Assembly: GCA_000002445.1 (NCBI GenBank)
Contig: CH464491.1
Coordinates: 512,001 to 576,000 of the forward strand
From: Trypanosoma brucei
Lineage: Eukaryota
Reading direction: 5' to 3'
DNA length: 64,000 nt
Each line of letters starts with the position of its first letter. Position 1 is the first letter of the stretch. A program made the translations under genes and the position numbers. Below the pieces are notes generated by a model. That model saw only the letters and a list, made by a program, of their open reading frames with translations, was not told the DNA's origin and made no database searches. Of this stretch, positions 52,470 through 63,966 are shown in pieces.

Positions 52470-53246
52470 ATGACTAGTGAGTGCGTTACCGTAAAGGTGA
52501 AACTAGGCGGTGCAGCATTGCCTGCCCACGATTTGATGCAACTGGAAAGGAGGCTTATCGGAGCGCGTTCCCTTATGCAAGCGACGGAGAAAACTTTGAA
52601 GGAGACGGTGGTAGTGGTGTCACCAAACCTCAGAAAGGATGGTGATGAACGCAGGGACCACATTCTTAATGATGGAATGGTGAGTAAGCATACGCAACTT
52701 TCTTGGTATATTGTCGAAGACGTTCTTGCTGTGTACTACAGGCTCTCAACTCTCATAGAGGAGGAAGAGCGACAAGCGCGAATCCGTGTTGAACGATTTC
52801 ACTCAAGCACTATCAATCAAATGCGTCGAAGACACAATGCAGACCACCTCAGTAGCGCTAAGTGTGTCTATGAGCGATCCTGCGTTGAAGAGGATGCCCA
52901 CTGGGCTTTGAAGCTTGTGGCGCAGGAACATTCAGATTACCTCTTCTCCATCAAGATATTAGAAGAGGATGAGCGTCAGGACATTGCACGCCGTGTGGGG
53001 CTACCGATGCAAAATTCAACCCCGTTGCTGGGCTGGTCGCGCACACCTAACACTGTGTGGCAGCAGCCAGAACTCGCACCCTGGTGGGATCATTTAGAGG
53101 GGCCAGCTGGTTATTTCTGGGGCGTATCACCGAGTGGCGGCGTGGAAATGCCTCAGTGGAGTCATGTACACTGGGGAGACAATCCAGCCAGTGGGGGTTT
53201 CCAGTGTGTACCTGGTGAGTGGTGCCACCGCAGTAATCTTCAGTAG
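52470..53246 (+). CDS. hypothetical protein
   Basis: The track ORF starts at GTG 52332 inside a (TG)n/T-rich leader. The first ATG is at 52470 (MTSECVTVKV). No recognisable domain. Confidence 0.4.
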   Translation: MTSECVTVKVKLGGAALPAHDLMQLERRLIGARSLMQATEKTLKETVVVVSPNLRKDGDERRDHILNDGMVSKHTQLSWYIVEDVLAVYYRLSTLIEEEERQARIRVERFHSSTINQMRRRHNADHLSSAKCVYERSCVEEDAHWALKLVAQEHSDYLFSIKILEEDERQDIARRVGLPMQNSTPLLGWSRTPNTVWQQPELAPWWDHLEGPAGYFWGVSPSGGVEMPQWSHVHWGDNPASGGFQCVPGEWCHRSNLQ

Positions 53247-54030
53247 TGGTTGTTCCTTAGCTGCTCACTTTTATTCGTTTACCCAACCCCTTGTTATTTT
53301 TTTTTGGTTACATCACGCATTGTAAACATGCACATATATATGTATGTGCTTGTGTGTGGTTTTCGAATTGCCACCACACACTCGCTGTACCTGGAATAGC
53401 TGCTGTGCGGAGAGTTACAGGGTTTCCAGTCTTACCGAGAGGAACGGGACGGGCGCTCGACAGTAGGAGCGGATATTGGAAAAGAATTTATATACCTACT
53501 CGAGGCTTGAAGTTGAAAAGTAATCTTGTTTTTTCTTTTTCGTCGTACTGTGGTTGAGCCCACCGGGGTCAGGGGAGCGCGATTTCTGGCATTCTCAAAA
53601 TATATCTGTTCTCACACAAATGCTTGCAGCCATTTGAACTCGCTTAAAGGGTCAACCGAGAGGTTCTCTACGCGGCCTTCGGGTGTGGTTCAGGTGAGTG
53701 GGCATGCGTGCGACGAGGACCCCTTCTGCTGCATGCCTTGTCATTTGCCTCTTTCATCTGGGTTTATATAAAAAGTTGGTAGCAAGCGTAGGGCAGTTGC
53801 GTGTTTTTCTAACGTCGCGATAGCAACATCGCGATTTGTGTGCAGCCAGAGAAACGTGGTTTCCGCCCTCTGGACTCACTTCAGTTCGCGGGCGGTCGAT
53901 GTCTTCATCTTTCTTGGTTCCTTTCACACTGAATGTGCGGCTATCAGTTTCATGCAGCAGCCTGCACGATGGTTTGGGTGGTCTTTTGTCGTTATTACGG
54001 GCCGATGACCACAGTGTGAAGGCAGGTACA

Positions 54031-55605
54031 ATGTCGCGTGACCCATGTGCCGATGGGGAGAGACAGGATGCATTACGTCATCTTCTCAGCAGGGATGCCA
54101 GCGTCCTCTCGGAAATTGACTTCCGCGGCGACATCCCCGCCATTGAGGATTTCGCGTCCACTATCCGCAGTGTCGACAGCTTCGAGAAGGGGTATATTTC
54201 CCTTATTTTTCGTGAATATTGCAAGCGGATGGGTATAATTAGTGAGTGGAAAGCGTCCCTACAGGCTGCCCAAAGGGAGAGTTCGTTTCCCATATCGGGT
54301 GCGTTGCTGGACACAGTGATTGCCGAGGAGGCGAGTGCACGAGCGGAACTCCACACGTCCCGCGAGCATTTCGTGGAGTGGGCTAAGGGGGTGGCCCCAC
54401 GGTGGTTGGAGACGGCTCGCAACATGGGAGCCTCGAAGAAAACAGAGGATGGGGCTGCTGAGAGGGCACAAAATCAATTGGAAACTGTGATTGCTCAGCA
54501 GTTTGGCTTCAGTGGCAACGACGTGGTGAACAGCGGCCCCCCGTCGTCTCCCAGGGTGACAGGGGCCAACAGTGACGCGTTGCGCCGACAGGCGATTGCG
54601 ATGATTGAGCAAGAGCAGTCGCTGAGGAGACAAGAGGCGAAGACAAGGGTGGCGAGTCTACTTGAGCAGGAGGAACAGTTGCGTTGTCAAATGGAGGAAA
54701 GGCGCCAGAAGCGGGAAACCGAGGAAAAGCGGCACCACCAGGCCAATATGGAGGCATTCTGCCGACAGCTTAGGCAGGAGGAGGAGTCATTCCGTCAACG
54801 CATGGAGGCACGCGAGAGCGAGCGACTCCAGTTGCTTGAACACATTGAAGCAGAGGAGCAGTGGCTTTCTCAACGACTTGCTGATCGGGAGAGGCAACGT
54901 GCGCTGGAAATAGAGGCCAAGGAGAGAGCCGAGCGCGAGCAGCGAGAGTTGTACCGCGAGCACGTGGAGGCTGAGGAGGAGTTGCTTCGCAACCGTCTAC
55001 AACAGTATGAAGCGTCTCGAAAGATGGAGGCTGAAAAGGCACGACAGAAGGAAAAAGAGGATCGTGAGGAACTCTACGAGCATGTGCTAGCCGAGGAGCA
55101 ATTAATTCGACAACGACTTGAACAGCGGGAGAAAGAGGCTGAGCGGAGGGCTAGGTACGAGCTGTACCATGCAGGAAGAGCAGACGCAGGACTAGGCAAC
55201 ACAGATTCGACCTTGCCGGAGCATTCCTTCGGTACGCAGCAGCTCGTAGGATACCAAGCAATTAACAATTCATATACGGGTGTAGGATTGTGTGGGGAAA
55301 GGCAGGCCTTCACATCGCCCCAAGGGCATCCCCATTCTTATCATCAGCAGGTGCACTCTCTGCCCCATGTTCAGCATTACCAGCAACAGTATCTCCCACA
55401 GGTGATCACATCCCCAGCTCAACCCAGTTGCTATCCCGTTGCGCCAGCCGTCCCACAGCCCGCCACCGTTTACTCTCCCCTTACACAGTCAGTTGTTACA
55501 CCACCTTACAATCACTACGTGTCTTATCACCCCCAGGGAGAGCTGCGATCTCCGCAGCCACCCCAAATGTTTCCTGGGAATCACCCATATTACTTGAACC
55601 GTTGA
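54031..55605 (+). CDS. coiled-coil protein with ~41-aa internal tandem repeats and Q/P/Y-rich C-terminus
   Basis: The track ORF starts at TTG 53836; the first ATG is at 54031 (MSRDPCADGE). The repeats ...EAEEQWLSQRLADRERQRALEIEAKERAEREQRELYREHVEAEEELLRNRLQQYEASRKMEAEKARQKEKEDREELYEHVLAEEQLIRQRLEQREKEAERRARYELY span nt ~54604-55161. Confidence 0.5.
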   Translation: MSRDPCADGERQDALRHLLSRDASVLSEIDFRGDIPAIEDFASTIRSVDSFEKGYISLIFREYCKRMGIISEWKASLQAAQRESSFPISGALLDTVIAEEASARAELHTSREHFVEWAKGVAPRWLETARNMGASKKTEDGAAERAQNQLETVIAQQFGFSGNDVVNSGPPSSPRVTGANSDALRRQAIAMIEQEQSLRRQEAKTRVASLLEQEEQLRCQMEERRQKRETEEKRHHQANMEAFCRQLRQEEESFRQRMEARESERLQLLEHIEAEEQWLSQRLADRERQRALEIEAKERAEREQRELYREHVEAEEELLRNRLQQYEASRKMEAEKARQKEKEDREELYEHVLAEEQLIRQRLEQREKEAERRARYELYHAGRADAGLGNTDSTLPEHSFGTQQLVGYQAINNSYTGVGLCGERQAFTSPQGHPHSYHQQVHSLPHVQHYQQQYLPQVITSPAQPSCYPVAPAVPQPATVYSPLTQSVVTPPYNHYVSYHPQGELRSPQPPQMFPGNHPYYLNR

Positions 55606-56034
55606 GTCCGTGAGCGCTTGTTTCGAGTCGTGAATAAGAAGATGCTTTTTGGCCGTGGTCTGGTCACCACTGGCATTGCTCGCCTTTGCAAAAGCACAAA
55701 CTGGGTCTTTTTCTTAACTCGATTCTGGGCTGCACCGTTCTGCTTCCCGTTTTGTTTCTTTTAACCCATTTTTTTTGTTTCCACCCTTCTCATATCTAGG
55801 TGATAATTGTGCTTTGCCACGTGAAACTAGGAACATTTTTTTTGCCGCTGGAAGGTTGGTTTCCATAGCGACGGCGATTACTAGAGGGTTGTTGTCGTCT
55901 GGCAGGTATATATAAATAAAAAAAAAATATATATATACACTGGTTAAGTGTGCTCCACAGGGTGTCTGAAGAATTTATTACATTTTTAAATTTGCTCGGT
56001 TTGTGTGTGCGTGTGATACTTGCCCTCCGCTCGT

Positions 56035-58290
56035 ATGAAGCTGAGGGCTGACTCCCGTGGGGGTGGGGAGCAGGATATCAGGGCCAGCTTCGGCCACTCT
56101 ACCCCACGTGACACTGGTGAGAGTCCATCTATTCAACCCGTGGAAGGCCCGATCCCCCTAAATTTCCAATACGACCCGAAAGTCACATCATTAGAGGGAG
56201 CGCTGCTCTTTGTTGGCCGCACCTCCTCTGCGAACGTGAATAGTGTCAACCAAAAGCATCTTCACGGTAACTCCGGTGTTGCAATCCCGAATTCACCGGA
56301 GCTGGTTGGAGGAAACCAGCCGCTTGCGTCCGCTCGTTCATCGGTGGCTGACAATTCTGATCAAAGCAGCGGTAAGAAAAAGAGTGCCGTCGGTACGGGA
56401 TCTATAGGTGGCCGTCACCACGATCCAAACGCACCAGCAGCGAAAATCATAGTTAACGAGACGCAGGGGAGAACGTTGAATAAACCAAAGAGTGCCGCTG
56501 CCGACATCGTGAACGAGACTCCCCACGCTGAGGGCACTGGTGTGAAGAGTGCTTTTTGGGCTGTAGCGAAAAATGTAAGTGATAGAACTCCACTGAGCGG
56601 TCAGTCAAAGCCCCCACCTCGAAAAAATAGCAACGACGGCAGCCCAACCCCGGACCATGCGGGTGACGAGCCTATAGACGTGCGGGCGTGCAACTTTAAG
56701 TTCAAAATCATCCGAGAATTGGGTGGTGGAGGCTTTGGAAAGGTGTATCAGGCAATACTGGGTGACGGTAGGTTTGTAGCGGTTAAGAAGATGAAGATAA
56801 CATCCCACGATAAGGTGATCGACAGAGAGGTCCGCGTGCTGAGCACGCTTCCGCCGCACAAACACTGTGTCCGTTACCTTGGCTCGAAGAGGAGCAGTAA
56901 TCACTATTACATTTTCATGGAATACGTCAGTGGGGGTAGTATCCGTTACATTCGTAAAAGTGCTGGGGTGTTTGAGGAACCAGTGATGCGGCGCTGTGTG
57001 AAGATGGTTTTAGAGGGTCTTCAACACATTCACAGACACGACATCGTTCACCGCGATATCAAAGGGGAAAATGTTCTGCTTGACGAGAAAGGTTGCGTAA
57101 AAATTGTTGATTTCGGCGCATGCAAGGTTTTGAATAGCGGCCACAATACTGTGGGTAGTGTTGGCACACCGTATTGGATGTCCCCGGAGGTCTGCCGTGG
57201 GGAAGCGGCTACGGAGAAATCAGACGTATGGGGTGTGGGGTGCCTCTGTCTTGAGATGACAAATGAGTCGGGCATACCGTGGGAGTTCCATTCGACTGCC
57301 AACAATACGCAAGCTGTTCTCTATTCCATCGCGGCAGCAAAGAACCCTCCCAAAATCCCTCAACATCTTTCCCCAGCCGCTCGCGACTTCATTGCTTGCA
57401 CTCTGAGGGTCGACCCGAAGGATCGCCCTACTGTGGATAAGTTGTTGCAGCATCCCTTCTTTTCGCAAAGCTATTCCGCTGCGCAACCTGTTGAACGTGA
57501 AGCGGTGATGTCGAGGGTGGAGAGCTTCGACTTCGTCAACACTATTTCAACTCTTTCTCAACCGGGAGATGCAGCAAGTACCGGCAGCAAACCACCTGTC
57601 GTGAACATCGGACCCGTAATGATTAGCACAGGTTGTAAGACTGTGGCGCCGAGTAAAGACAAGGAGAAATCTCAGTCGCCGACCTATCAACTCAAGGCAG
57701 CAAGCAGCGACGACGATGATGATTACTGCAGGGTGCGTAATGTTATTAGACCTCAGGGAAATCTTGAACGGTATCCCCCGCCAGGTACCCCCGGAGATGA
57801 AGGTATCATCGGGAAGCGCAAGAAATCTGTTATTGCGACCCCCTCTCGCGTGGGTAAAGATGAGGTTAAGGAGATGCTAGAGGTGACCCCGGCACCACAA
57901 GCACGTGCGACTGGAGTGGGGCCCCCTGCTGATGTTCGTGTGTCGCCCCTTCCCAATCCAAGCAGCAGTAGCCCGGTGAGGGTGGTGAGGGCTCAGCCGC
58001 CTCCACGGCAGAGGCGAAGCACCGAAGCGTCTAATCCTTCTTCAACACGTGTAAGTTCTTCCTTAACTTCTGGAAAACCTGCCGGTGACCCCCCTGTGAC
58101 GAATTCGCTTGCCGAAGGAACAGCTAAGCGGAAAAAGACCAATGAGTCTGGCAAGTCGGCATCCGAACCCGGGCACAACGACGGCCGCCCAAGTAAGGAT
58201 AATCCTGGGCGCTCAAATAGTTCTGCGTGGTGGCGGCCCAAACAGGGATCTGACACCAACAAATCGGTGATCAAGTGGTTGATCAAATAA
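56035..58290 (+). CDS. serine/threonine protein kinase (STE/MAP3K-like)
   Basis: Kinase subdomains: G-loop LGGGGFGKVYQA, VAVKKM, HRHDIVHRDIKGENVLL, DFGACK, GTPYWMSPEV, DVWGVGC. Long S/P-rich N- and C-terminal extensions. The track ORF starts at TTG 56020; the first ATG is at 56035. Confidence 0.8.
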   Translation: MKLRADSRGGGEQDIRASFGHSTPRDTGESPSIQPVEGPIPLNFQYDPKVTSLEGALLFVGRTSSANVNSVNQKHLHGNSGVAIPNSPELVGGNQPLASARSSVADNSDQSSGKKKSAVGTGSIGGRHHDPNAPAAKIIVNETQGRTLNKPKSAAADIVNETPHAEGTGVKSAFWAVAKNVSDRTPLSGQSKPPPRKNSNDGSPTPDHAGDEPIDVRACNFKFKIIRELGGGGFGKVYQAILGDGRFVAVKKMKITSHDKVIDREVRVLSTLPPHKHCVRYLGSKRSSNHYYIFMEYVSGGSIRYIRKSAGVFEEPVMRRCVKMVLEGLQHIHRHDIVHRDIKGENVLLDEKGCVKIVDFGACKVLNSGHNTVGSVGTPYWMSPEVCRGEAATEKSDVWGVGCLCLEMTNESGIPWEFHSTANNTQAVLYSIAAAKNPPKIPQHLSPAARDFIACTLRVDPKDRPTVDKLLQHPFFSQSYSAAQPVEREAVMSRVESFDFVNTISTLSQPGDAASTGSKPPVVNIGPVMISTGCKTVAPSKDKEKSQSPTYQLKAASSDDDDDYCRVRNVIRPQGNLERYPPPGTPGDEGIIGKRKKSVIATPSRVGKDEVKEMLEVTPAPQARATGVGPPADVRVSPLPNPSSSSPVRVVRAQPPPRQRRSTEASNPSSTRVSSSLTSGKPAGDPPVTNSLAEGTAKRKKTNESGKSASEPGHNDGRPSKDNPGRSNSSAWWRPKQGSDTNKSVIKWLIK

Positions 58291-59081
58291 AATGCGACAT
58301 GGACTCAAGTTACTTGCCTGAGGTTTATTAATTTTAATTTACCTCGAAAGCGCCGTATATTCAGGCCTCTTTGTTTTATTCTCTCGTACCCCCCTAGCAC
58401 CTGCCAACCGCCTGTGGCGAGACTTGGATGTACGCAGTGCGTATGCGTGTATATGCTTGCTATTGCTGCACCCATGTGGGAGCGTACTTTTTTTGACATT
58501 TTGGCGTGTGGTCATACGCCCTTTCGACTATCAAAAAGTGAGAAATCGTAGCCGAGGGCAGTGTGGTTCCCCGAGCTCAGCCCACAGCGGGAATGTTTGG
58601 GTACAATGTATACATATATCTGTATATATATATACATATATGCATATACATTGTGTTCATGCAGGCTTTTAATATATGTTTGTAGTGATGGTATATTCTA
58701 TGTTCTTTAGTACATATACGGTGGTTAGTGCTAACTATACGTCCAAAAGCAGGCGTATTTTTCTCCCTACCCTGTTTTCTTTTCTTTTTCTTGCTCGTGG
58801 CGGTGAAGACATTGTGTTATTCCCCCTGCAACCTCTCAGGTAGTAGTTGCAGCGATGCCACCACCACCTTTGCCAAGCTGATACGGCGGTTCATTCATCG
58901 GAACAAAAAAGACTGAAAAAAGGGCAAGTTCATTTGGTGTCTGATGGAACTTGTTGATAATTATGGTTAACCATCACTCATTGCCGATGCCACATATCTT
59001 TTTTTAAGATTCAATTCCTTCTCTTTCTTCTCTTTCTAAACTATTCTGTGCGAACTGCAGGCTCCGTTGTAACAAACAGTT

Positions 59082-60056
59082 ATGCCATCCGTTTCCCAGG
59101 AGAAACGTGACTATGAGGATCGCCTCAACGGCTGCCTCACGAAGTACAGCCGTGTGCTCTTCTGCCTGATGGACAATGTTCGCTCGCAGCAGGTGCACGG
59201 TGTACGCCGTGATCTCCGCGGTAAGGGTGAGCTGGTGATGGGAAAGAAGACGTTGCAGAAGAAGATCGTGGAGAAGCGCGCTGAGGGCAACAAGGCCACA
59301 GATGCTGATAAGCTGTTCCACCAGGTTTGCACCGATAAGCAGCTTCTGTGTGGCAACACATCGATGATATTCACGAACAGCGAAGTGTCTGATATCACCA
59401 GCGTGTTGGACAGCCACCGTGTTCAGGCGCCTGCGCGTGTTGGTGCCATTGCCCCATGTGATGTTATTGTGCCCGCCGGTAACACGGGTATGGAGCCGAA
59501 GGCAACGGCGTTCTTCCAAGCGTTGAACATCGCGACGAAGATTTCCAAGGGTACTGTGGAGATTGTGAGCGACAAGAAGGTACTGAGCACTGGTGACAAG
59601 GTGGATAACTCCACGGCGACGCTGCTGCAGAAGCTCGACATCTCACCTTTCTATTACCAGGTCGAGGTGCAATCCGTGTGGGACCGCGGTGTGCTGTTTA
59701 CCCGTGAAGATCTCTCCGTCACCGATGCGGTTGTGGAGAAGTACCTCCTCGAAGGAATCAGCAACATCAGCGCTATGTCACTGGGTGCTGGTATCCCAAC
59801 TGCCGCTACACTGCCGCACATGATTGTCGACGCCTTCAAGACTCTTCTCGGCGCCTCCGTTGCCACGAATTACGAGTTTGAGGAATACGACGGAAAGAAC
59901 CTGCGCACAGCCGCCTTGGAGGGTAAACTCGGTGGTGGCGAAGCTGCTGCCCCCGCCGCTGCCGCTGCTGCCGCCGCCCCCGCCGCCGCTCCCGCTGCCG
60001 CCGCAGCTGAGGAGGAGGAGGATGATGATGACTTTGGCATGGGTGCTCTCTTCTAG
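59082..60056 (+). CDS. RPLP0: 60S acidic ribosomal protein P0 (copy 1)
   Basis: 324 aa. Conserved P0/uL10 N-terminal domain ([47 protein letters not shown]...) with an Ala/Pro-rich hinge and the acidic stalk tail [15 protein letters not shown]. Stop codon TAG. Confidence 0.9.
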   Translation: MPSVSQEKRDYEDRLNGCLTKYSRVLFCLMDNVRSQQVHGVRRDLRGKGELVMGKKTLQKKIVEKRAEGNKATDADKLFHQVCTDKQLLCGNTSMIFTNSEVSDITSVLDSHRVQAPARVGAIAPCDVIVPAGNTGMEPKATAFFQALNIATKISKGTVEIVSDKKVLSTGDKVDNSTATLLQKLDISPFYYQVEVQSVWDRGVLFTREDLSVTDAVVEKYLLEGISNISAMSLGAGIPTAATLPHMIVDAFKTLLGASVATNYEFEEYDGKNLRTAALEGKLGGGEAAAPAAAAAAAAPAAAPAAAAAEEEEDDDDFGMGALF

Positions 60057-60313
60057 TGATTTGAATGGAGTCTTCACTTATTTTTCTTATTTTTCATTTT
60101 CTCGTTGCTATGCGTCCATAGTTAATTGAATGTTTTGGTTTCATTCGTTTGTTGCAGACAGCCAAACCAACAGAAACGTTTGTGAACCAGTTTTTCGTAT
60201 TTGAAACGTTCTATTTTTCTTTTTCTTCTGTTGTTCTCCTCCCATCATAATCGCAAAATTTAAATTCCGTCTGAGCCGGAGAGAGCCGGATTGACCTACT
60301 ATAAAACGTAGTT

Positions 60314-61288
60314 ATGCCATCCGTTTCCCAGGAGAAACGTGACTATGAGGATCGCCTCAACGGCTGCCTCACGAAGTACAGCCGTGTGCTCTTCTGCCTG
60401 ATGGACAATGTTCGCTCGCAGCAGGTGCACGGTGTACGCCGTGATCTCCGCGGTAAGGGTGAGCTGGTGATGGGAAAGAAGACGTTGCAGAAGAAGATCG
60501 TGGAGAAGCGCGCTGAGGGCAACAAGGCCACAGATGCTGATAAGCTGTTCCACCAGGTTTGCACCGATAAGCAGCTTCTGTGTGGCAACACATCGATGAT
60601 ATTCACGAACAGCGAAGTGTCTGATATCACCAGCGTGTTGGACAGCCACCGTGTTCAGGCGCCTGCGCGTGTTGGTGCCATTGCCCCATGTGATGTTATT
60701 GTGCCCGCCGGTAACACGGGTATGGAGCCGAAGGCAACGGCGTTCTTCCAAGCGTTGAACATCGCGACGAAGATTTCCAAGGGTACTGTGGAGATTGTGA
60801 GCGACAAGAAGGTACTGAGCACTGGTGACAAGGTGGATAACTCCACGGCGACGCTGCTGCAGAAGCTCGACATCTCACCTTTCTATTACCAGGTCGAGGT
60901 GCAATCCGTGTGGGACCGCGGTGTGCTGTTTACCCGTGAAGATCTCTCCGTCACCGATGCGGTTGTGGAGAAGTACCTCCTCGAAGGAATCAGCAACATC
61001 AGCGCTATGTCACTGGGTGCTGGTATCCCAACTGCCGCTACACTGCCGCACATGATTGTCGACGCCTTCAAGACTCTTCTCGGCGCCTCCGTTGCCACGA
61101 ATTACGAGTTTGAGGAATACGACGGAAAGAACCTGCGCACAGCCGCCTTGGAGGGTAAACTCGGTGGTGGCGAAGCTGCTGCCCCCGCCGCTGCCGCTGC
61201 TGCCGCCGCCCCCGCCGCCGCTCCCGCTGCCGCCGCAGCTGAGGAGGAGGAGGATGATGATGACTTTGGCATGGGTGCTCTCTTCTAA
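60314..61288 (+). CDS. RPLP0: 60S acidic ribosomal protein P0 (copy 2)
   Basis: Protein identical to copy 1; the nucleotide sequence appears identical across the CDS. Stop codon TAA, and the flanks are unrelated to those of copy 1. Confidence 0.9.
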   Translation: MPSVSQEKRDYEDRLNGCLTKYSRVLFCLMDNVRSQQVHGVRRDLRGKGELVMGKKTLQKKIVEKRAEGNKATDADKLFHQVCTDKQLLCGNTSMIFTNSEVSDITSVLDSHRVQAPARVGAIAPCDVIVPAGNTGMEPKATAFFQALNIATKISKGTVEIVSDKKVLSTGDKVDNSTATLLQKLDISPFYYQVEVQSVWDRGVLFTREDLSVTDAVVEKYLLEGISNISAMSLGAGIPTAATLPHMIVDAFKTLLGASVATNYEFEEYDGKNLRTAALEGKLGGGEAAAPAAAAAAAAPAAAPAAAAAEEEEDDDDFGMGALF

Positions 61289-61650
61289 GCACGATGTTTT
61301 ACCTGATGGTCTCCGGCATCCATTCTTTTTTACTTTGTTCTTTTTTTTTTTGCCTTGGTGGTGATCAATACCTTGGTAGACTGAAATGTTCTGCAGTGTT
61401 GTTGCACCTGTTCGTGGTTTAGCGATGGTTAACCACTAGTTGGTGTTTTTGTGCGTGTGTTGAAACCTATTGACAGGCCTCTCTCTTCCGTTTACTTCAC
61501 TTTTCTTTTTTTGCTAACAACTTCCAACCCCCTATCGACCCCCAACAACTACTATATTTTTAAACTTAAGTATGTTCGTGTGTGTGGTAAACGGAAGGAA
61601 CTGACATCCGTTTGAACTACCCCTGCACCTTTGAAAGGCTCTGTTCCACA

Positions 61651-62055
61651 ATGGTGCGCTCGCTTGTTGTGTTGCTGACTTATGATGAACCAGAATGTGG
61701 TGGTGCAGCCGACGCACTTGTTGTTCACCTTCAACGGGACTGCGCAGCACTCGCGGATAGATGTCAGTTATCGGCTCGGCCAATATCTATTCTCCAGAAT
61801 TCTTCCCACCGTGACGCACTGTACAGGACACTGCAGGACCTTATTCAAGTGAAACCGCAAGATATTTACGCTATCAGTTTTTTAAAAGACAACAACCCTG
61901 ATGAATACCGCAAAATCCGAGAACTTTGCAACGGTGTCAAGCCACGACGTATCAAGCACCAGATACTTACACACCTCGCGAACTACAATGATGTGGGGCT
62001 CATTATAAGAAACCTTGTGCGGCTAGTGTTGGATGAGATGTCCCGTGACGTATGA
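61651..62055 (+). CDS. hypothetical small protein
   Basis: The track ORF starts at TTG 61612; the first ATG is at 61651 (MVRSLVVLL). 134 aa with no recognisable domain. Confidence 0.35.
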   Translation: MVRSLVVLLTYDEPECGGAADALVVHLQRDCAALADRCQLSARPISILQNSSHRDALYRTLQDLIQVKPQDIYAISFLKDNNPDEYRKIRELCNGVKPRRIKHQILTHLANYNDVGLIIRNLVRLVLDEMSRDV

Positions 62056-62420
62056 TGGCTCTGTGTGTTGTTTGTAGTGTGCGAGTTTGTGGGAGGGGAG
62101 GCAGGGTACGCTGTGGCCAAGTTGGAGGCGGTGACGCCAAATGAGTGCCTCGGGATGTTTGTACTGACTGGGGCACAGACAGAAGTATGGTTCATGCGTG
62201 TTGGTTATCCTTGTGACTATGTGGACGGGGCTCATTAAGACACAGGGCCTTTGTTGCGCTTTTATGAGTTGGTTGCTGAGTGGGCGTATGAATATACACA
62301 TAATGCACACATGCTTATATTCAAACTCTCTTTCTTGTTCTTCAGTTTTCTCCGCTTTCGGTTTTTTGCCTGTCTTTATATGTACCGCTGCTTGTTCACT
62401 CCAAATCCTGTATGTTGGCA

Positions 62421-62448
62421 CGCGCGCACACACACACACACACACACA
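62421..62448. repeat. (CG)3(CA)11 microsatellite
   Basis: cgcgcgcacacacacacacacacacaca read directly, in the intergenic region. Confidence 0.8.
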
Positions 62449-62567
62449 GAAAAACACATAGTTGCTTGCTTTGTTGTTACGCTTGACTGAACTGCTATTC
62501 ATGTATGCTTCCCAGTTTCTATTTCATCCCCGTTGTGTGTTAGTTTGTTGTCGGCGGGGAGTTTGTT

Positions 62568-63557
62568 ATGAATGATTGGATTACTAAGGCTTTGGAGGAG
62601 AAGCAGATCTTATCTCTTCCATCTCTTGCAGATGTAAAAGGGGTCTTCTGTGTGGCACGGGAGCATGAGTGGTATGATGATTGTGTTGTGATGGACTGGA
62701 CGGCCCTGCACCGTGGACTCCGGCCGAGTACCTCCTCATTTAATCCCACTGTTGCAGTGGCTGAGGTAATGCGTTTTGGATGTGAGTTGGAGGGGGATGG
62801 AAGTCTGGCGACAGCGTTGGAATTGCGCACCCCGTGGTGCGTGGTGCCACTCGCCGAGCAGGCGCAGCGACTCAGTGTTTTTTTACATCCATCTGGTGCG
62901 AATGTTAAGCCATACATGTTTTGCCGTGGACCACCTGGGCAGCGTAGCGTTCGTGATGACCTTCACTCTGTCCTTCAAGGGGTTCAGCGGCAGCTGCGGG
63001 ACTCGGGCATCAGGTGTCATGTGTTCTTTGGAAGTGTCATCGTGGTGTCAGATGACTTTGAGCATTTGATGCACCTCACGGCGGCGGTGTATCGGGCGCT
63101 GAAGAGTGCCGGCATCGAGTTAAACGCAAATGCCTCGTCATTTGAGCCGAGACGAGTCTTTAGGACTGCTGGTGGTTTGTGTTGGAATACATTGAGCCCC
63201 ATATCTTTGAAGAGTGTTGATAACATGGCTGCGCTTCTAGTTGATTTGTTTTACATGTGGTTGGGAGACTTCTACCTGTGGTTGTGTGTAACACCACCGG
63301 AATCGTTGCTGGGTGTGGCCGGGAGGGACGAGGACAAAATGAAGGTGTTTCGTGACTTCATTGTGAAGAGGGTGGTGCCGAACTGCGAATGTATTGAGTT
63401 TAACGGTTTAGCTGACGTGGACGTGGAGGAACTGCTTACAGCTGCTAAGCCCCTCCTGAAACGGAAACTACCACTTGTTGGACCGCAGAAGTGGAGTGCA
63501 CTTGAGTTGCGATTGTGCCTTGCGGCTTTGAAAGCTTACGAGCACCCGCCCCCGTGA
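62568..63557 (+). CDS. hypothetical protein
   Basis: 329-aa ORF with ATG at 62568 and a polypyrimidine tract upstream. No recognisable domain. Confidence 0.45.
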   Translation: MNDWITKALEEKQILSLPSLADVKGVFCVAREHEWYDDCVVMDWTALHRGLRPSTSSFNPTVAVAEVMRFGCELEGDGSLATALELRTPWCVVPLAEQAQRLSVFLHPSGANVKPYMFCRGPPGQRSVRDDLHSVLQGVQRQLRDSGIRCHVFFGSVIVVSDDFEHLMHLTAAVYRALKSAGIELNANASSFEPRRVFRTAGGLCWNTLSPISLKSVDNMAALLVDLFYMWLGDFYLWLCVTPPESLLGVAGRDEDKMKVFRDFIVKRVVPNCECIEFNGLADVDVEELLTAAKPLLKRKLPLVGPQKWSALELRLCLAALKAYEHPPP

Positions 63558-63945
63558 TTGGTTGGCCGCCTAAGTTAGAAGTTGCGCTCCTTCATCCTCT
63601 TTACTTTTACTTTTTTTCCCCACGGCAGTTGATCCTTTCTTTTATTTTCTCCCGGGCATCCGTGGCGTGCTGGTCACATTTGGTGATTATACAGCGATGG
63701 GATATTTAGTCTTTTTTTTTTTAAATGTTATCTCTACTTTTCATATTCCGCAAGAAGTGCATATAAAGGGGAGGTGACATTGATGACCCTATTTATTTTT
63801 TACACTTTGTTCTTTTCTTCTTTTGCGTGTGTGAACGACATTGACTGGTCGAAGGGTGTCCCTCAAAAATTTGTGAAGTAGAGACATTTAATAAGTGGGC
63901 GAAAACTTACCCAAGAATCAGTAGAGGAGAGAGGGGGAAAAGGTT

Positions 63946-63966
63946 AATAATAATAATAATAATAAT
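63946..63966. repeat. (TAA)7 microsatellite
   Basis: taataataataataataataa read directly. Confidence 0.75.

Larger units (their letters stand above)
59077..61288 (+). repeat. tandem duplication of P0 gene (identity confined to ~980 bp CDS; period 1232 bp)
   Basis: Identity begins ~5 nt upstream of each ATG (agttatgcc) and ends at the stop codon (ttcta|g versus ttcta|a). The intergenic and flanking sequences show no similarity. Confidence 0.85.
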
